A stretch of 41,022 bases of DNA from Candidatus Omnitrophota bacterium (GTDB lineage Bacteria; Ratteibacteria; UBA8468; MWAK01), in the NCBI GenBank assembly GCA_043797665.1, contig JAZDPL010000035.1, positions 1 through 41,022 on the forward strand, written 5' to 3'. The notes below the pieces were generated by a model, which saw only the letters and a program-made list of their open reading frames with translations, searched no databases and was not told where the DNA came from. Of the stretch, positions 37,888 through 41,022 are shown one piece after another. How positions within the stretch are numbered: position 1 is the stretch's first letter; each line of letters starts with the position of its first letter. The translations under genes and the position numbers were made by a program.

Positions 37888-39111
37888 ATGCAAAACGACG
37901 ACATCCGGGAATTTCTGGAAGGCAAGAAGGCGGAGGCGGCTGAATTCCTGTCCGAATTGATTCGGTTTCCCAGCATCTCCGGAGAAGACGAACGGGAAAT
38001 CCAGGATTTCCTGGCGGACAAATTCCGAAATTTAGGCCTGGAAGTAAAATTGGAACTGATGCCTCCCGGAATCAAAGACCACCCCGCTTATACCCGGGCA
38101 GACAAGGAATTAGATTACCGGAGCCGACCAAACCTCTATGCTACCCTTAAAGGTGAAGGGAACAGTTCTGTAATTCTATGCGCCCACTGTGATGTGGTTC
38201 CACCAGGTGACTGGCCGGAAGCCTTTACTCCGGTCATTAAAGACGACCGGGTTATCGGCCGGGGTGCGGCAGACGATAAGGGACATATTACCAGCATCTA
38301 TTACGCTCTCTTAGCCTTGAAAGAACTACATCTTAAATCCAAAAAAATGGCTAAGGTTCAGGTTGTAATTGAAGAAGAGGTTGGTGGCAACGGTGCCCTG
38401 GGCACTATTCTTTCCGGTCATCAGGCTGACGGTGTCATCGTCTTAGAATCAACCGACTTAGCCATCTGTCCGGCTAACCGGGGTGCGGTCTGGTACAAGA
38501 TTGAGGTAACCGGCAAACCGGTCCATATGGGCAGAATCCGGGAAGGGGTCAATGCGGTGGAGAAGATGGCGGAAATAATGAAAGAACTCCGGCGTTACGA
38601 AACCAAACTGATTGCCGAGAGCGACCACCCCCTGTTCCGGGAGTACGAACAACCGGTCCAGGTCAATATCGGAATAATTAAAGGTGGAGACTGGCCAAGT
38701 ATGGTGGCTGGCTGGTGTGAAATGGAAGGCGGGGTGGGATTTCTTCCGAATAAAGAACTGCCTCAGATACAAGAAGATTTGCATCAGTTGCTGGCAAACT
38801 TTCCGGACCCCTGGATTCAGGAGCACAGCCGGGTCTCTTTTCCGAAACTCCATAACGACGCCTACGAAACTCCGGTAAGCGACCCGCTGGTTACCGGTTT
38901 AACCGAAGCGGTCAGCGAATCCGGTTTGAACCCAAAAATTACCGGTTTTATCGTAAGCTGCGACGCCCGGCTCTATGCCAGGGTCGGCAAGATGCCCACC
39001 GTGGTCTTCGGCGCCGGTTCCATCAAAGAGGCGCACAGCCGAAGTGAAAGTATCTCCATTCCCGAAGTTCTGAAGGTTTCTGAAGTACTGACCCGGTATT
39101 TGAACCTATAG
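37888..39111 (+). CDS. M20-family amidohydrolase (ArgE/DapE-like)
   Basis: AHCDVVP, GRGAADDKG, EEEVGGNG, GVNA, CDAR, AHS..E. Confidence 0.9.
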   Translation: MQNDDIREFLEGKKAEAAEFLSELIRFPSISGEDEREIQDFLADKFRNLGLEVKLELMPPGIKDHPAYTRADKELDYRSRPNLYATLKGEGNSSVILCAHCDVVPPGDWPEAFTPVIKDDRVIGRGAADDKGHITSIYYALLALKELHLKSKKMAKVQVVIEEEVGGNGALGTILSGHQADGVIVLESTDLAICPANRGAVWYKIEVTGKPVHMGRIREGVNAVEKMAEIMKELRRYETKLIAESDHPLFREYEQPVQVNIGIIKGGDWPSMVAGWCEMEGGVGFLPNKELPQIQEDLHQLLANFPDPWIQEHSRVSFPKLHNDAYETPVSDPLVTGLTEAVSESGLNPKITGFIVSCDARLYARVGKMPTVVFGAGSIKEAHSRSESISIPEVLKVSEVLTRYLNL

Positions 39112-39263
39112 GAATTTATATCTTAGTAGGTTCAAGGGGGGATTGCCAAGGGGGTGGCGAAGAACCCCCTTGCTCAGTAGAGAGGGTAACAGCGAACGTT
39201 AGTGACCGCCATAGGGAGTGTAAACTCCCTTTGGAGAGCTCCGAGCGAAGCGAGGGGCGACTT
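39100..39263 (+). mobile_element. 162-bp multi-hairpin element, copy 2
   Basis: Near-identical to 14153-14316 (inverted); TTGAACCTATA repeats at 39100 and 39262, 162 bp apart; contains the M20 gene TAG. Confidence 0.8.
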
Positions 39264-39276
39264 GAACCTATAAAAG

Positions 39277-40254
39277 ATGAAGAAAGCCGGCATTTTATTC
39301 GGAATCTTTCTGCTGATTTCCCTATCTCTGGCAAAGGGGGTTTATTCCCAGGGACAGCGTGGTTCAGGTCCGGGAGGCTCTCCGGGCGGGCCGATGAATG
39401 ACGAGACATTCGGTGCTGTTTCCGATAATGGGCTTGACTTTACAATACTCCCGGGTCCATTCTTTGAACATGCTTCCGTGCCGGATGTGCTGGAATTTTC
39501 CAAAGATGGTCCGGCCGGGAAGGCCGGGACCTTGTTACTCTACTTTGTGGATTTCTCGGAGGCCAGGGGACCAGGAACAGAAACTATTTCCATGGCAACT
39601 TCCACTGATGGAACTACCTGGTCAGAAAAAGAGCCGATAGTACTGGCAGGAAAACGTAATCAGGGAGCAACCGTGGACCCGTCGGTGATAGAACTGCCCG
39701 ACGGAAGAATCAGGATGTATTTCTTTGGTTCTGAAATGACCGGCGGCGATCCGGCAATGGTTCCGGGAGACCACAAAATCTACAGCGCTATAAGTGGTGA
39801 CGGAATTCACTTTAAGGTAGAAGAAGGAGTCAGGTTCCAGTCTCCCTCTACTACCGACCCTGATGTCGTGCGTTCCGGTAGCGAATGGTTTATGGTCCTT
39901 TCTAAAGGCCGCGACACGTTGCTTGCCCGTTCCAATGATGGGCTTACTTTTAATCTGGACCGGGATTTTATTTTATCGTTCGGAGGTGTTCCGGGAGCGG
40001 TAATGTTGCCGGGTGGCAAGATTAGAATATTTGTCTGCGGTCGAGAGGGGATATTGAGCGCTCTTTTTGACCCCGGAACAGGTACCATCTCTGAGGAGGG
40101 GACACGCATCAAAGGAAAAACGGGTGGACTTGTTGCCGACCCTTCTCCGATTCAGCGCCGGGACGGGAGTTATTATCTGATTTTCAAAAACAGAAAAAAC
40201 AGTCCCCGGAAAAACCCTGAAAGGAAACCTCCGGAACAAAGGGAAAGTTATTAA
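39277..40254 (+). CDS. Secreted probable beta-propeller protein (GH43/32/sialidase-like)
   Basis: Signal peptide, Gly/Pro linker, repeated DPSVI/DPDVV/DPSPI and S.DG..W/F Asp-box-like motifs. Confidence 0.65.
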   Translation: MKKAGILFGIFLLISLSLAKGVYSQGQRGSGPGGSPGGPMNDETFGAVSDNGLDFTILPGPFFEHASVPDVLEFSKDGPAGKAGTLLLYFVDFSEARGPGTETISMATSTDGTTWSEKEPIVLAGKRNQGATVDPSVIELPDGRIRMYFFGSEMTGGDPAMVPGDHKIYSAISGDGIHFKVEEGVRFQSPSTTDPDVVRSGSEWFMVLSKGRDTLLARSNDGLTFNLDRDFILSFGGVPGAVMLPGGKIRIFVCGREGILSALFDPGTGTISEEGTRIKGKTGGLVADPSPIQRRDGSYYLIFKNRKNSPRKNPERKPPEQRESY

Positions 40255-40362
40255 CATAAATTTTCCCACTATTTGCCCTCCCCCACCATCTTGTCGCAAT
40301 TAGTTTTGATTAGTACCTTACAATATGGTATGCTTTAATATGGCTGAGCTTAGGGAGGAACA

Positions 40363-40587
40363 ATGAGAAACTATAGATTTTCCGTAGTGATTGAGAAAGA
40401 TCAGGATGGTTATTTTGCCTTTTGCCCAGATTTACAGGGTTGTTACACTCAGGGAATAACTTACGAAGAAGTTTTAGAAAATATCAGGGATGCCATTAAA
40501 CTCCATGTTGAAGACAGAATAGAAAAGGGAGAAGCGGTGAGTTGCCCGGAAATGGTCAACCTTACTTCCCTACAAGTAGCGGTATGA
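40363..40587 (+). CDS. hicB: HicB antitoxin, short form
   Basis: IEKDQDGYFAFCPDLQGCYTQG.TYEE..NIRDAI; SD GGGAGG. Confidence 0.92.
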   Translation: MRNYRFSVVIEKDQDGYFAFCPDLQGCYTQGITYEEVLENIRDAIKLHVEDRIEKGEAVSCPEMVNLTSLQVAV

Positions 40588-40813
40588 AAGAAAAACTCCC
40601 CCGAATAAAAGCATCTGAAATAATCAGGGCATTAGAAAAAACCGGATTTTTCTTTCCCGCCAAAGTGGAAGCCACAAAATATATAAGAACCGGGAAGGTA
40701 AAAGAGTAACCGTTCCTTTTCACTCCGGCAAAATCCTCCATCCAAAAGTATTAAAAAGCATATTAAAAGACGCCAACCTTGCTATTAAAGAATTAAAAAA
40801 ACTAATAAAGTAA
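40584..40813 (+). pseudogene. hicA: HicA toxin with a 1-nt frameshift
   Basis: MKEKLPRIKASEIIRALEKTGF, then in the -1 frame SRQSGSHKIYKNREGKRVTVPFHSGKILHPKVLKSILKDA...*; the break falls at or near the T5 run 40647-40651. Confidence 0.85.
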
Positions 40814-40881
40814 AACCTGAAAAAAGCGTGAAAAATGATATTTCCTTTAACAATAAATAGCCGGATTAGCTTGTAACTACT

Positions 40882-41022
40882 ATGAAAATTGCATATAATA
40901 TTAGCGACAAAACCCCTCTGGCAGAACCCTACTTAAAAAGTAGCATTGTGCCCGATGCCCAAAGGAATCAGAATTTTGCACATATCGGTGGGAGCCCGCA
41001 ATCTGACTCACTTTGGCGGTAT
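40882..41022 (+). CDS. Possible 5' end of a hypothetical protein
   Basis: ATG at 40882 is open for 47 codons to the window end; no recognisable family. Confidence 0.3.
   Translation, partial: MKIAYNISDKTPLAEPYLKSSIVPDAQRNQNFAHIGGSPQSDSLWRY

Noticed and set aside
40882..41022. Family assignment for the terminal ORF from its LWRY ending
   Set aside because: Only 47 codons are visible, which is insufficient evidence.

Overview
Bacterial chromosomal window, mostly housekeeping and metabolic genes: purA, an IDH-family dehydrogenase, a minimal proS, a Glu/Leu dehydrogenase, an mtlD / Zn-dehydrogenase / E1a-E1b-E2 operon, cysE, mtnA, nifS-nifU-larE-mnmA, purC, coaC, and two clusters pairing UroD-like proteins with M20 amidohydrolases. 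Small accessory modules are scattered between them: a darT-darG pair beside a half tRNA-Lys(UUU) and 11-bp-periodic repeats, two solo AAA_14/DUF4143 ATPases, yhcG (DUF1016) preceded by an hsdM relic, two hicBA pairs (one with a frameshifted toxin) and a phd-relE pair. cstA is a pseudogene. The most distinctive signal is a dense set of short palindromic elements: GTAG-type REP doublets with covarying stems, two TGTCAT-type REP families, small hairpin modules nested inside REPs of different families, and a 162-bp multi-hairpin element present in two full copies and one partial copy. Several sit in frame inside proteins (ProRS anticodon-binding domain, both E2 linkers, the signal peptide of a metallophosphoesterase) or supply stop codons. 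No transposase, RAYT or integrase gene, rRNA or CRISPR array was seen. All product calls come from motif recognition by eye; no searches were run and the taxon cannot be assigned reliably.
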